Source: Escherichia phage SUT_E1620
Sequence record: OQ939939
Length of the DNA: 64,000 nucleotides
Direction: 5' to 3' (one strand)
Every line of letters starts with the position of its first letter. The first letter of the stretch is position 1. Made by a program: the position numbers and the translations under genes. Under the pieces are notes generated by a model. It ran no database searches. It was not told the origin of the DNA and saw only the letters and a list, made by a program, of their open reading frames with translations. This document shows positions 27,291 through 37,964 of this stretch, piece after piece.

Positions 27291-28606
27291 TGAAAGTCTC
27301 TAGAGACTATATTAACACCACAGATGTTATTGACTTTGGTATTGACAAACGATTCTTTCGTCTACCAGTCTCTAGCATCCTAGCACAAGAGGGGATTACA
27401 CCTAATGCCCCTCAGATTGCAATCATTAATGCGCTGGAAGACCCAAGACACCGTTTCGTAACTGCATGTGTATCACGTCGTGTAGGTAAGTCGTTCATCG
27501 CATATACTCTTGGGTTTCTGAAGCTTCTGGAGCCTAATGTAAAGGTGCTAGTAGTAGCACCTAACTATTCACTGGCTAACATCGGTTGGTCACAGATTCG
27601 TGGTCTTATTAAGAAGTATGGATTACAGACTGAACGTGAGAACGCCAAAGATAAAGAGATTGAACTAGCGAATGGTTCTCTCTTTAAGCTGGCTTCTGCA
27701 GCGCAGGCTGACTCCGCGGTTGGTCGTTCGTATGACTTCATCATCTTTGACGAAGCAGCGATTTCCGATGTTGGTGGTGCAGCTTTCGATATTCAGTTAC
27801 GTCCTACCCTAGATAAGCCAAACTCTAAAGCTCTGTTTATTTCCACACCTCGTGGTGGTAACTGGTTCAAAGAGTTCTATGAGAAAGGATTTAATGAGAC
27901 GCTGCCTAACTGGGTATCTATTCATGGTACATATCGTGATAACCCACGTGCTGATCTGAACGATATCGAAGAAGCGCGTCGTACAGTTAGTAAAAACTAC
28001 TTTCGTCAGGAATATGAGGCTGACTTCTCTGTATTCGAAGGTCAGATCTTTGATACCTTTAATGCTATAGACCATGTTAAAGACCTTAAAGGTATGCGTC
28101 ACTTCTTTAAAGATGATGAAGCATTCGAAACGTTGCTTGGTATTGACGTTGGTTATCGTGATCCTACAGCAGTTCTTACTATTAAGTACCACTATGATAC
28201 AGATACCTACTATGTATTAGAAGAGTACCAGCAGGCGGAGAAAACCACAGCTCAGCATGCGGCTTACATTCAGCACTGTATAGATCGTTATAAAGTTGAT
28301 CGTGTTTTTGTTGACTCTGCCGCAGCTCAGTTCCGTCAGGACTTAGCTTATGAACATGAAATTGCATCGGCTCCAGCTAAAAAATCTGTCCTAGATGGAT
28401 TAGCATGTTTACAAGCACTATTCCAACAAGGCAAGATTATTGTGGATGCTTCATGTTCCTCATTAATTCACGCATTGCAGAATTACAAGTGGGATTTCCA
28501 AGAAGGTGAAGAAAAATTATCACGTGAAAAACCACGTCATGATGCTAACTCTCACCTCTGTGATGCTCTGCGCTATGGAATTTACTCTATTTCCCGTGGT
28601 AAATAA
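27290..28606 (+). CDS. terL: terminase large subunit
   Basis: 438 aa; Walker A-like RRVGKS; Walker B DFIIFDEAA; C-terminal nuclease-like domain. Confidence 0.85.
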   Translation: MKVSRDYINTTDVIDFGIDKRFFRLPVSSILAQEGITPNAPQIAIINALEDPRHRFVTACVSRRVGKSFIAYTLGFLKLLEPNVKVLVVAPNYSLANIGWSQIRGLIKKYGLQTERENAKDKEIELANGSLFKLASAAQADSAVGRSYDFIIFDEAAISDVGGAAFDIQLRPTLDKPNSKALFISTPRGGNWFKEFYEKGFNETLPNWVSIHGTYRDNPRADLNDIEEARRTVSKNYFRQEYEADFSVFEGQIFDTFNAIDHVKDLKGMRHFFKDDEAFETLLGIDVGYRDPTAVLTIKYHYDTDTYYVLEEYQQAEKTTAQHAAYIQHCIDRYKVDRVFVDSAAAQFRQDLAYEHEIASAPAKKSVLDGLACLQALFQQGKIIVDASCSSLIHALQNYKWDFQEGEEKLSREKPRHDANSHLCDALRYGIYSISRGK

Positions 28607-28720
28607 ATAAGTATAGGAAGGGATACTACTCAGTTGGTATCCCATTCCTGCATTTTAAAATCCCCTTTACAAATTCGATACGATTATGTATACTATATTC
28701 ATACAGTTGAGGAGAACACT

Positions 28721-29158
28721 ATGGCAAGCAATATAAAATATAAACGCGATGCTATATCCCTTATGAGAGACGGAATAAAAAGTCAATATAAAAAAGACTC
28801 TCAATGTGCTATCTGCGGTTGTGCTGAAGAATTAGAGCTTCATCATTACCATACGGTGTCTCTACTAGTTAAAAAATTTGCTAAAGAACTCCAATTGGAT
28901 TTCACTGACGAAGAAATAGTCCTTTCAAATAGGACGGCATTCTATGATCGATATAGGCATGAGCTAGTAGAAGACACTGTTACCCTTTGTGTACACCATC
29001 ACCAATTATTACATAAGGTTTACACAAAAGAACCTCCTTTATTTTCTGCTAATAAGCAAAAAGTGTGGGTTCAAAAGCAGAAAGACAAATTACAGAATCC
29101 TCAAGAAAAGACACAAGTCAAGACTGAAACAAAATCAGGATTCGCAAGGTTCTTATAA
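28721..29158 (+). CDS. HNH endonuclease
   Basis: ATG at 28721 with GAGGAG SD (the track ORF starts at 28634); CAICGC...HHYH...CVHHH zinc/HNH motif. Confidence 0.55.
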   Translation: MASNIKYKRDAISLMRDGIKSQYKKDSQCAICGCAEELELHHYHTVSLLVKKFAKELQLDFTDEEIVLSNRTAFYDRYRHELVEDTVTLCVHHHQLLHKVYTKEPPLFSANKQKVWVQKQKDKLQNPQEKTQVKTETKSGFARFL

Positions 29159-30375
29159 TGGGTTTTAAAAGCTGGATTACTGAAAAGCTAAATCCGGGTC
29201 AACGTATTATAAGAGACATGGAACCAGTTAGTCATCGCACTAACCGTAAGCCTTTTACCACTGGACAAGCCTACAGTAAAATTGAGATTCTCAATAGAAC
29301 TGCTAATATGGTTATAGATAGTGCGGCGGAGTGTTCTTATACTGTCGGAGATAAATATAATATTGTCACGTATGCCAATGGCATCAAGGCAAAGACTCTA
29401 GACACTCTCTTAAATGTACGACCTAATCCATTCATGGATATAAGCACATTCCGTAGACTTGTAGTCACTGACCTACTTTTTGAAGGTTGTGCATACATCT
29501 ATTGGGATGGCACAGCACTTTACCATGTCCCTGCTGCATTAATGCAAGTAGAGGCAGATGCCAATAAGTTTATCAAAAAATTTATATTTAATAACCAGAT
29601 AGACTATCGCGTAGATGAGATTATCTTTATAAAGGATAACAGTTACGTGTGTGGCACAAATTCTCAAATTTCTGGACAATCTCGTGTTGCTACTGTTATT
29701 GATTCTCTTGAGAAGCGTTCTAAGATGCTTAACTTTAAAGAGAAATTCCTCGATAACGGAACCGTGATTGGACTTATTCTTGAGACGGATGAAATCCTGA
29801 ACAAGAAATTGCGTGAGCGTAAACAAGAAGAATTACAACTAGATTATAATCCTAGTACTGGTCAGTCCTCTGTCCTGATTCTAGATGGTGGTATGAAAGC
29901 TAAACCGTACTCCCAAATATCCTCTTTTAAAGATCTAGACTTTAAGGAAGACATTGAAGGATTTAATAAATCTATCTGTCTAGCCTTTGGTGTTCCGCAA
30001 GTGTTACTTGATGGTGGTAATAACGCGAACATTCGACCAAACATCGAATTGTTCTATTACATGACTATCATTCCTATGCTGAACAAGCTGACTAGTTCTC
30101 TTACTTTCTTCTTTGGCTACAAGGTTACTCCTAACACTAAGGAAGTAGCTGCACTGACGCCAGATAAAGAAGCTGAGGCTAAACATTTAACCTCTTTGGT
30201 TAATAACGGTATCATGACTGGTAACGAAGCTCGTGAAGAGCTTAACCTTGAACCTTTAGATGATGAGCAGATGAATAAGATTCGTATTCCTGCTAACGTT
30301 GCTGGTTCTGCAACAGGTGTATCTGGTCAAGAAGGTGGTAGACCGCAAGGCACTGCCGATGGGGATAAAGAATGA
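29158..30375 (+). CDS. portal protein
   Basis: 405 aa; position after terminase; TAATG coupling. Confidence 0.65.
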   Translation: MGFKSWITEKLNPGQRIIRDMEPVSHRTNRKPFTTGQAYSKIEILNRTANMVIDSAAECSYTVGDKYNIVTYANGIKAKTLDTLLNVRPNPFMDISTFRRLVVTDLLFEGCAYIYWDGTALYHVPAALMQVEADANKFIKKFIFNNQIDYRVDEIIFIKDNSYVCGTNSQISGQSRVATVIDSLEKRSKMLNFKEKFLDNGTVIGLILETDEILNKKLRERKQEELQLDYNPSTGQSSVLILDGGMKAKPYSQISSFKDLDFKEDIEGFNKSICLAFGVPQVLLDGGNNANIRPNIELFYYMTIIPMLNKLTSSLTFFFGYKVTPNTKEVAALTPDKEAEAKHLTSLVNNGIMTGNEAREELNLEPLDDEQMNKIRIPANVAGSATGVSGQEGGRPQGTADGDKE

Positions 30376-30854
30376 TTGATTATGATGGTCTAAAGGCCAT
30401 TTTTGGTGAAAAGCTGCCAGAATCTCATATCTTCTTTGCTACGGTTGCAGCACATAAGTTTGTTCCAAACTACGCTACTCTACGTAAAGAGTTTGGAATG
30501 ACCACTGCACATACCAACCGCAAGGTTTGGAATAAGTTCAAAGAAGCATACGAAGTTACTGCTCCGGTTGTTCCGGCTCTAGCTTTCACGAAGAATCTGG
30601 CTAAAACTCTAGCTGTTGATACTGGTGCAGCAATTAATCTGGGCGTAACAGTTACTGGTGGTACTGCACCATATACTTATGCTTGGACTAAAGACGGTTC
30701 TCCACTAAGTGGTGTTACTGGCCCTAATTTCAACAAAGCTACAGCTGCTGCAGAAGATGCTGGTACTTACAAAGTTGTTGTAACGGATAGTAAATCTACT
30801 TCTATTACTTCTAACGAGTGCGTAACAACTATCAATCCTGCGCCGGAGGCTTAA
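30372..30854 (+). CDS. Ig-like domain head decoration protein (pb10-like)
   Basis: 160 aa; C-terminal Ig-like segment GGTAPYTYAWTKDGSPL...GTYKVVVTD. Confidence 0.4.
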   Translation: MIDYDGLKAIFGEKLPESHIFFATVAAHKFVPNYATLRKEFGMTTAHTNRKVWNKFKEAYEVTAPVVPALAFTKNLAKTLAVDTGAAINLGVTVTGGTAPYTYAWTKDGSPLSGVTGPNFNKATAAAEDAGTYKVVVTDSKSTSITSNECVTTINPAPEA

Positions 30855-30857
30855 TAA

Positions 30858-31490
30858 ATGACAAATGCTGCTATTGACTATAACAAGTTAAAATCAGCAC
30901 CGGTTCATTTAGACGCTTACATTAAGTCTATTGATAGCGAGTCCAAAGAGGGTGTTGTAAAAATCCGTGGATTCGCTAATACAATTAGTAAAGATCGCGC
31001 TGGCGACGTAATTCCTGCTTCGGCATGGAAAACGTCTAATGCACTTGCTAACTACATGAAAAACCCGATTATTCTTTTCGGCCACGACCATCGTCGTCCA
31101 ATCGGCAAGTGTATTGATCTTAACCCTACTGAAATGGGTCTCGAAATTGAATGCGAGATTTATGAAAGTTCTGATCCAGCTATCTTCTCACTAATTAAAA
31201 ACGGTGTACTGAAAACATTCAGTATCGGATTCCGCTGCCTAGATGCAGAATGGGATGAAGCTACTGACATATTTATTATTAAAGATTTAGAACTATACGA
31301 AGTTTCGGTAGTTTCTGTACCTTGTAATCAGGACTCAACGTTCAACCTCGCTAAGAGTATGAATGGCCACGATTACACTGAATGGCGCAAATCTTTTACT
31401 GCAACAAGTTCTAAGGCTGTCCCAGCTCAAGAACGTAATCTTTCTGAACTAGAAAAACTTGCGATAGCTTTAGGCTACGTTAAAGAATAA
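30858..31490 (+). CDS. prohead protease
   Basis: 210 aa; immediately upstream of the major capsid gene. Confidence 0.55.
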   Translation: MTNAAIDYNKLKSAPVHLDAYIKSIDSESKEGVVKIRGFANTISKDRAGDVIPASAWKTSNALANYMKNPIILFGHDHRRPIGKCIDLNPTEMGLEIECEIYESSDPAIFSLIKNGVLKTFSIGFRCLDAEWDEATDIFIIKDLELYEVSVVSVPCNQDSTFNLAKSMNGHDYTEWRKSFTATSSKAVPAQERNLSELEKLAIALGYVKE

Positions 31491-31507
31491 CGGAGAATTA
31501 TTTAAAA

Positions 31508-32884
31508 ATGACTATTGATATTAATAAGCTGAAGGAAGAACTTGGTCTGGGTGATCTGGCTAAATCTCTGGAAGGTCTGACTGCTGCTCAGAAAGCTGCG
31601 GAAGCTAAGCGTCTGCGTGAAGAGCAGGAAGAAAAAGAACTGGCTCGTATGAACGATCTAGTATCTAAAGCTGTTGGTGAAGACCGTAAGCGTCTGGAAG
31701 AAGCTCTGGATCTGGTTAAGAACCTGGATGAGAAGTCTAAGAAGAGCGCAGAACTGTTTGCACAGACTGTAGAAAAGCAACAGGAAACCATCGTTGGTCT
31801 TCAGGACGAAATTAAGTCTCTGTTGGCAGCTCGTGAAGGTCGTTCCTTCGTTGGTGATAGCGTAGCTAAAGCTCTTTATGGCACTCAGGATGCTTTCGAA
31901 GATGAAGTTGAGAAACTGGTTCTTCTGTCTTATATGATGGAGAAGGACGTATTCGAAACTGAACATGGTAAGGCTCACGTTAAAGCTGTTAACGGTTCTT
32001 CTTCCGTTTCCATGTCTAGCGAAGCATACGAAACTATCTTCTCTACCCGTATTATCCGTGACCTGCAGAAGGAACTGGTAGTTGGTGCACTGTTCGATGA
32101 ACTGCCAATGTCCAGCAAAATCCTTACTATGCTCGTTGAACCAGAAGCTGGTCGTGCTACTTGGGTAGATGCTTCCAAATTCGGTACTGACGAAACTGTT
32201 GGTGACGAAGTTAAAGGTCAACTGACTGAAATCAGCTTCAAAACTTACAAGCTGGCTGCTAAGTCCTTCATCACTGATGAAACTGAAGAAGATGCAATCT
32301 TCTCCCTGCTGCCTCTGCTGCGTAAGCGTCTGATCGAAGCACACGCTGTTTCTATCGAAGAAGCTTTCATGTCCGGTAATGGTACTGGTCAGCCTAAGGG
32401 TCTGCTGAAACTGGCTGCTGATGATGGTGCTAAGGTTGTTACCGAAGCTAAAGCTGACGGTTCTGTTCTGGTAACTGCTAAAACTATCTCCAAGCTGCGT
32501 CGTAAACTGGGCCGTCACGGTCTGAAACTGAGCAAACTGGTACTGATCGTATCTATGGATGCTTACTACGATCTGCTGGAAGATGAAGAATGGCAGGATG
32601 TTGCCCAGGTTGGTAACGATGCTGTTAAACTGCAGGGTCAGGTTGGTCGTATTTACGGTCTGCCGGTTGTAGTTTCTGAGTACTTCCCAGCTAAAGCTGC
32701 TTCCGCTGAATTCGCAGTTATTGTTTATAAAGATAACTTCGTAATGCCGCGTCAGCGTGCCGTTACTGTTGAACGTGAGCGCCAAGCTGGCAAACAGCGT
32801 GACGCATACTACGTTACTCAGCGTGTTAACCTGCAACGTTACTTCGAAAACGGCGTTGTATCTGGTGCTTACGCTGCATCTTAA
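31508..32884 (+). CDS. major capsid protein
   Basis: 458 aa; codon usage typical of a highly expressed gene; strong terminator downstream. Confidence 0.8.
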   Translation: MTIDINKLKEELGLGDLAKSLEGLTAAQKAAEAKRLREEQEEKELARMNDLVSKAVGEDRKRLEEALDLVKNLDEKSKKSAELFAQTVEKQQETIVGLQDEIKSLLAAREGRSFVGDSVAKALYGTQDAFEDEVEKLVLLSYMMEKDVFETEHGKAHVKAVNGSSSVSMSSEAYETIFSTRIIRDLQKELVVGALFDELPMSSKILTMLVEPEAGRATWVDASKFGTDETVGDEVKGQLTEISFKTYKLAAKSFITDETEEDAIFSLLPLLRKRLIEAHAVSIEEAFMSGNGTGQPKGLLKLAADDGAKVVTEAKADGSVLVTAKTISKLRRKLGRHGLKLSKLVLIVSMDAYYDLLEDEEWQDVAQVGNDAVKLQGQVGRIYGLPVVVSEYFPAKAASAEFAVIVYKDNFVMPRQRAVTVERERQAGKQRDAYYVTQRVNLQRYFENGVVSGAYAAS

Positions 32885-32903
32885 TACAGGCTTTTCAGCC
32901 GAT

Positions 32904-32929
32904 AAGGAGAGCTTCGGCTCTCCTTTTTT
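32904..32929 (+). terminator. rho-independent terminator
   Basis: GGAGAGC-TTCG-GCTCTCC hairpin plus TTTTTT. Confidence 0.6.
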
Positions 32930-32943
32930 ATTGGGAAAAATAA

Positions 32944-33456
32944 ATGCAAATCATCACTGTTGAAGATTATAAACTATATGGGAACTTAAAACGTCCTGAT
33001 ATGGAAACTCAGGTTGAGATGATGATTAAAGCTGCCAATACGCTGATTACAAGCCTTCTAGGTATGGATGATGCAGACGCGGTAGATCAATTAATCACCA
33101 CAAAACCTAGCCGTAGGAAATATTTTCTGAGTTCCCCCTCAGCCACATCTATTACAAAGATGACTATTAACGAGAAAGAAATAGACCCGGAACAGTTTAA
33201 ACTGTATCCTGATGGTGTTATTCTTCTTAAGTTTAATCCTCCTGAAGGGTATATGGATGTAGAGTATACTCAAGGTGGTTTCAATCCAACGCCTGAAGAT
33301 CTTAAACTGGCAGCATGTCTGTTAGTAGACCACTGGCATAAGCAAGATTATCGTCAAGCCAAGACTATTGGTGGTGAGACAGTTACGTTTAACAATACTA
33401 AGTCTGGTATTCCAGAGCATATTCGTACAATCATCGAAGTCTACAGGAGAGTATAA
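32944..33456 (+). CDS. head completion / connector protein (by position)
   Basis: 170 aa. Confidence 0.4.
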   Translation: MQIITVEDYKLYGNLKRPDMETQVEMMIKAANTLITSLLGMDDADAVDQLITTKPSRRKYFLSSPSATSITKMTINEKEIDPEQFKLYPDGVILLKFNPPEGYMDVEYTQGGFNPTPEDLKLAACLLVDHWHKQDYRQAKTIGGETVTFNNTKSGIPEHIRTIIEVYRRV

Positions 33457-34223
33457 TGGCTCTTTCTGATCTAGCTAGACAAATTATTAAAGAGCAGCTA
33501 GATACTGCAGGACGATCTGAGAATAATAAGAATACTGTTGTGTATACAGTTGAGACAGGTTTGAAAGATCCTACAAGAGATGGTACAGTTGCACAGGTAT
33601 CTTTCAAATTCTCAAAACCAGTATCTCAAGACTTATTAAATGTTAGGACAGCATCTATACTGAAGGCTGTTTCTTCTAATTTAGATCTTTCTGGTGATTT
33701 AGGCGCTCTAGAGAATTTAATTCAAGCAACAGCAGGTAAACGTTCTGCTGTTGGTAAAAAACGTTCTACCGGTAGAGTTCAGGTAAACTTTGGAGATCCT
33801 AGAGATACTGAAGATGGCTATTCTGGTGCAGTAACAGGTGCTTCCGGTCGTTTCGTATCGAATAGTAACATGCGTGCTATTCTTGAGATAGTAGCTAAGG
33901 AATACTTAATCAAGGATATGAAAAAAGCAGGGGCACCATTGAAGTTCAGAACTGGTCGCTTTGCTAACTCCTTAAAGATTAAAGACGTTATGCTACGTGA
34001 TGCAGAAACTAGTAAAGGTGCTCCAGAGCTGAATGTGACGTATAACTATATGGTTCGTCCTTACTCTGTGTTCAACCCCGCAGTTTCTACATATCGAAGA
34101 CTTTCTCTACGACCTTACCCTGGCGCTCGAAACCCTCAAAAACTTATTGGGGAAGCAATCGCAAAAGCTGCAAGAGACCTGATTCACTCTAGATATAAAA
34201 TCAAGGTTAATCAAGGAACCTAG
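33456..34223 (+). CDS. structural protein, head-tail joining region
   Basis: 255 aa; TAATG coupling. Confidence 0.4.
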   Translation: MALSDLARQIIKEQLDTAGRSENNKNTVVYTVETGLKDPTRDGTVAQVSFKFSKPVSQDLLNVRTASILKAVSSNLDLSGDLGALENLIQATAGKRSAVGKKRSTGRVQVNFGDPRDTEDGYSGAVTGASGRFVSNSNMRAILEIVAKEYLIKDMKKAGAPLKFRTGRFANSLKIKDVMLRDAETSKGAPELNVTYNYMVRPYSVFNPAVSTYRRLSLRPYPGARNPQKLIGEAIAKAARDLIHSRYKIKVNQGT

Positions 34224-34226
34224 TAA

Positions 34227-34712
34227 ATGGATCACAGAACAAGTATTGCACAAGCAGTGGTTGACCGAATCGCCACACAAATGGATGGTTCACAACCTGA
34301 CGAGTATTTCAATAACCTTTATGGAAACGTTTCTCGTCAAACTTATAAATTCGAGGAAATCCGAGAATTTCCTTATGTGGCAGTCCATATCGGAACTGAA
34401 ACTGGGCAGTATCTTCCCTCAGGCCAACAGTGGATGTTTTTAGAACTTCCAATCTTCGTGTATGACAAAGAGAAAACAGATATTCAAGAGCAACTTGAAA
34501 AACTCGTAGCTGACATAAAAACCGTCATTGACACAGGTGGAAATTTAGAATATACTGTTAGTAAACCTAATGGATCGACCTTCCCATGTGAGGCAACTGA
34601 TATGAGCATCACCTCAGTAGCTACAGATGAGGGTCTACTGGCCCCATATGGTTTAGCGGAAATAAATGTAACAGTGAGGTATCAGCCACCTCGTAGGGCA
34701 CTTCGCAGATAA
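34227..34712 (+). CDS. tail completion protein (by position)
   Basis: 161 aa. Confidence 0.4.
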   Translation: MDHRTSIAQAVVDRIATQMDGSQPDEYFNNLYGNVSRQTYKFEEIREFPYVAVHIGTETGQYLPSGQQWMFLELPIFVYDKEKTDIQEQLEKLVADIKTVIDTGGNLEYTVSKPNGSTFPCEATDMSITSVATDEGLLAPYGLAEINVTVRYQPPRRALRR

Positions 34713-34738
34713 GTTACAGATTAGGAGAATATAAATAA

Positions 34739-36148
34739 ATGTCTTTACAACTATTACGTAATACTCGAATCTTCGTGTCTACGGTTAAGACTGGTCACGA
34801 TAAGACCAACACGCAAGAGATTCTAGTTCAAGATGATATTTCTTGGGGTCAGGACAGTAACTCAACCGATATTACTGTTAACGAAGCTGGTCCGCGTCCA
34901 ACTCGTGGTTCAAAACGTTTCAACGACTCCCTGAACGCAGCTGAGTGGAGTTTCTCTACTTACATCCTGCCTTACTTAGATAAGACTACTAGTAAGCAGA
35001 TCGTTCCGGACTACATGCTGTGGCATGCTCTTTCTAGTGGTAAGCCTATCAACCTAGATGGTGATACAGGTGCTCACACTAACGAAACTAACTTCATGGT
35101 TAACTTTAAGGATAACGCATACCACGAGCTGGCAATGCTACATATTTACATCCTTACTGATAAAGCATGGAGCTACATCGATTCCTGTCAGATCAACCAG
35201 GCTGAAGTAAACGTTGATATCGAAGATATCGGTCGTGTAACTTGGTCAGGTAATGGTAACCAGCTGATCCCTCTGGACGCTGCTCCCTTTGATCCTGATA
35301 CTGTGGGTATTGATGATGAAACTTACATGACTATCCAGGGTTCTTACATCAAGAACAAACTGACTATCCTCAAAATTAAGGATATGGATACTGGTAAGGC
35401 ATATGACATTCCGATCACTGGTGGTAGCTTTACAATTAACAACAACATCACATATCTGACTCCTAACGTCATGTCCCGTGTTAACATCCCAATCGGTTCA
35501 TTTACTGGTGCATTCGAATTAACTGGTTCTCTGACCGCTTATCTTAACGATAAAGCTCTAGGTTCTATGGATCTGTATAAAGATCTGATTAAGACCCTGA
35601 AGGTAGTTAACCGTTTCGAAATCGCTCTAGTACTTGGCGGTGAATATGATGATGAGCGCCCAGCCGCTGTTCTAGTTGCTAAGCAAGCTCACGTTAACAT
35701 CCCAACTATTGAGACTGACGATGTACTTGGTACTTCTGTAGAGTTCAAAGCAATTCCTACTGATCTGGATACTGGTGATGAAGGTTATCTTGGTTTCTCT
35801 AATAAGTACACCAAAGCTACTATTGCAAATCTGATTGCAACTGGTGACGGTGGTAAAGCAGCTCCAGTAAAAGTAACAGGTATTACTGTTAAATCTGCGG
35901 GTGATGCAACTTCCGTCGAGAATAGTGCAACTCTTCAGATGACTGTAGATGTTTTACCTGCTGAAGCTACTAATAAGGAAGTAACTTGGTCTATTTCCTC
36001 TGGTACTGCTGCCACTATTGATGCAACTTCTGGGTTACTAACCGCTGATGCTTCTAAGACTGGTGCAGTTACTGTGAAAGCTGTAGCTAAAGATGGTTCT
36101 GGTGTAGAAGGTACTAAGAGCATTACAGTTACTGCTTCTGGTGGCTAA
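34739..36148 (+). CDS. major tail tube protein with C-terminal Ig-like domain
   Basis: 469 aa; C-terminal BIG_2-like segment; position upstream of the tape measure gene. Confidence 0.65.
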   Translation: MSLQLLRNTRIFVSTVKTGHDKTNTQEILVQDDISWGQDSNSTDITVNEAGPRPTRGSKRFNDSLNAAEWSFSTYILPYLDKTTSKQIVPDYMLWHALSSGKPINLDGDTGAHTNETNFMVNFKDNAYHELAMLHIYILTDKAWSYIDSCQINQAEVNVDIEDIGRVTWSGNGNQLIPLDAAPFDPDTVGIDDETYMTIQGSYIKNKLTILKIKDMDTGKAYDIPITGGSFTINNNITYLTPNVMSRVNIPIGSFTGAFELTGSLTAYLNDKALGSMDLYKDLIKTLKVVNRFEIALVLGGEYDDERPAAVLVAKQAHVNIPTIETDDVLGTSVEFKAIPTDLDTGDEGYLGFSNKYTKATIANLIATGDGGKAAPVKVTGITVKSAGDATSVENSATLQMTVDVLPAEATNKEVTWSISSGTAATIDATSGLLTADASKTGAVTVKAVAKDGSGVEGTKSITVTASGG

Positions 36149-36152
36149 TTAA

Positions 36153-37052
36153 ATGTACTACTCTCTAATGAGGGAGTCAAAAGTTATAGTTGAGTACGAT
36201 GGCAGGGCTTATCATTTTGATGCCCTGTCAAATTACGATATCAATACGTCCTATGAGGAATTTAAAACTCTTCGTAGGACTATACATCGTAGAACCAACT
36301 ATGCTGACTCTATTATTAATGCACAAACTCCATCTTCAATATCACTGGCTATAAATTTTAGTAATACCCTTACTGAAGCTAACTTCTTTGAATGGATGGG
36401 CTTTGACCGAGAGGGTAACACATTCTTACTACCACTTTATAGTACAAATATTGAGCCAACAATGTTTAATATATACATAGTTAATAAAGATAATAACTGT
36501 GTATACTTTGAGAATTGCTATGTATCTACTGTAGACTTTTCTCTAGATAAAAGCGTTCCTATCCTAAACGTAGGAATTGAATCTGGTAAGTTCTCTGAGG
36601 TGTCTACTTTTACTCCTGCTGGTTCTATTGTTCAGGGTGAAGTTATGTCATATAGTCCTCCTAGAGTATCTACCAACAGTAATGTTTTACCAGCTCTTTT
36701 ATCCGCTTCTATGTCATTCCAGCAACAATGTTCTTGGAGAGAAGATAAAAGCGTATTTGACATAAACAAAATATATAATAATAAGAGAGCTTATGTTAAT
36801 GAAATGAATGCTTCGGCAACAATTGCATTTTACTACACCAAGCGATTTGCTGGTGATATATTTTATAATATTGAACCCGAAACTGACATACCATTAACCA
36901 TCAGAAATGAACATATTTCGATTGATTTTCCTTCAGCACGTATAACAAAACGCCTACAATTCTCGGATATATACAGAGTTGAATGGGATGTAATCCCTAC
37001 TGCAGACTCTGATCCGGTAAGAATCGACTTCTTTGGAGAAATAAAGAAATGA
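36153..37052 (+). CDS. tail protein
   Basis: 299 aa. Confidence 0.4.
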   Translation: MYYSLMRESKVIVEYDGRAYHFDALSNYDINTSYEEFKTLRRTIHRRTNYADSIINAQTPSSISLAINFSNTLTEANFFEWMGFDREGNTFLLPLYSTNIEPTMFNIYIVNKDNNCVYFENCYVSTVDFSLDKSVPILNVGIESGKFSEVSTFTPAGSIVQGEVMSYSPPRVSTNSNVLPALLSASMSFQQQCSWREDKSVFDINKIYNNKRAYVNEMNASATIAFYYTKRFAGDIFYNIEPETDIPLTIRNEHISIDFPSARITKRLQFSDIYRVEWDVIPTADSDPVRIDFFGEIKK

Positions 37053-37453
37053 TCAATTTAAAAGATATTACCCTTGAAACTCGTACTATTGAGCTGGCTT
37101 ACCCAGGTATGCCTAACTTCAAGCTACAACTGAACTACATGTCTCGTGCTGCATCTAAGCGTGTTATCTCTTCCGCTAAGCGTGACGAGTGGGTTAACGG
37201 TACTATGATTCAGGTTCAGGATGATGATAAGTTTATTGAAGCTTTCGTTGATACTGCAATTGCTGGCTGGACTGGCTTGACGATTGGAGATGTTGAGAAG
37301 CTGATGCTTATCGAAACTGAGGCTGATCCTACTACTGAAGTTCCATTTAGTCGCGATAACGCTATCATGCTTATGCAGAACTCTGCTGCGTTTGATTCTT
37401 GGATCAACCAGACAGTGTTCCACTTAGACACTTTTCGTAGCTCAAAAGCGTAA
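37049..37453 (+). CDS. putative tail assembly chaperone
   Basis: 134 aa; acidic; upstream of the tape measure gene. Confidence 0.35.
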   Translation: MINLKDITLETRTIELAYPGMPNFKLQLNYMSRAASKRVISSAKRDEWVNGTMIQVQDDDKFIEAFVDTAIAGWTGLTIGDVEKLMLIETEADPTTEVPFSRDNAIMLMQNSAAFDSWINQTVFHLDTFRSSKA

Positions 37454-37514
37454 GCAGTTACTAGATGCTGTTGCCGATTTTGCAGATAAATGCATTAAAT
37501 CCTCAGCATCTAAA

Positions 37515-37883
37515 ATGACAAAACAACAATATTTAATGCTTTGTGAGTCTCTAGGTATTGAACCTGATCCTAAGGCAATGCCTGTTGAACTCGAAGATTT
37601 TCCACCTATTGTATCTACTAGTATGAATATTTATAACAGTCTTATTGACTGTTTCATACCAGGTGACTTTCCTATCTTTATAGGAAAAGACAAAAGTGCA
37701 TTAGGTGTTTTATTTGATATCTATGGGATTACTGATCCTATAGAGAAAGAGTTTGTTCTACACATCATCAATATATTTGATTCGAAAGCTGTAGATGCAG
37801 CTCGTAAGAGAGCCGAGAAGCATAGTAAACCTAATGGTCGTACCCCGAACATTAAGCCACATGCTAGATCTCGAGCTCAGTAA
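37515..37883 (+). CDS. putative tail assembly protein
   Basis: 122 aa; basic C-terminus. Confidence 0.35.
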   Translation: MTKQQYLMLCESLGIEPDPKAMPVELEDFPPIVSTSMNIYNSLIDCFIPGDFPIFIGKDKSALGVLFDIYGITDPIEKEFVLHIINIFDSKAVDAARKRAEKHSKPNGRTPNIKPHARSRAQ

Positions 37884-37919
37884 AAAGTTTCCTCCAATGG
37901 GCGTTCCACGATGAGGCTT

Positions 37920-37950
37920 GGCTCTGGGTGATTTGCCCAGAGCCTTTTTT
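37920..37950 (+). terminator. rho-independent terminator
   Basis: GGCTCTGGG-loop-CCCAGAGCC hairpin plus TTTTTT. Confidence 0.6.
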
Positions 37951-37964
37951 ATTGGGAAAAATAA

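Noticed and set aside
31658-32836. 392-aa ORF on the minus strand
   Set aside because: Lies entirely antisense within the major capsid gene, has no SD, and its Ser/Leu/Phe/Thr-rich composition is typical of an antisense artefact of a codon-biased gene.
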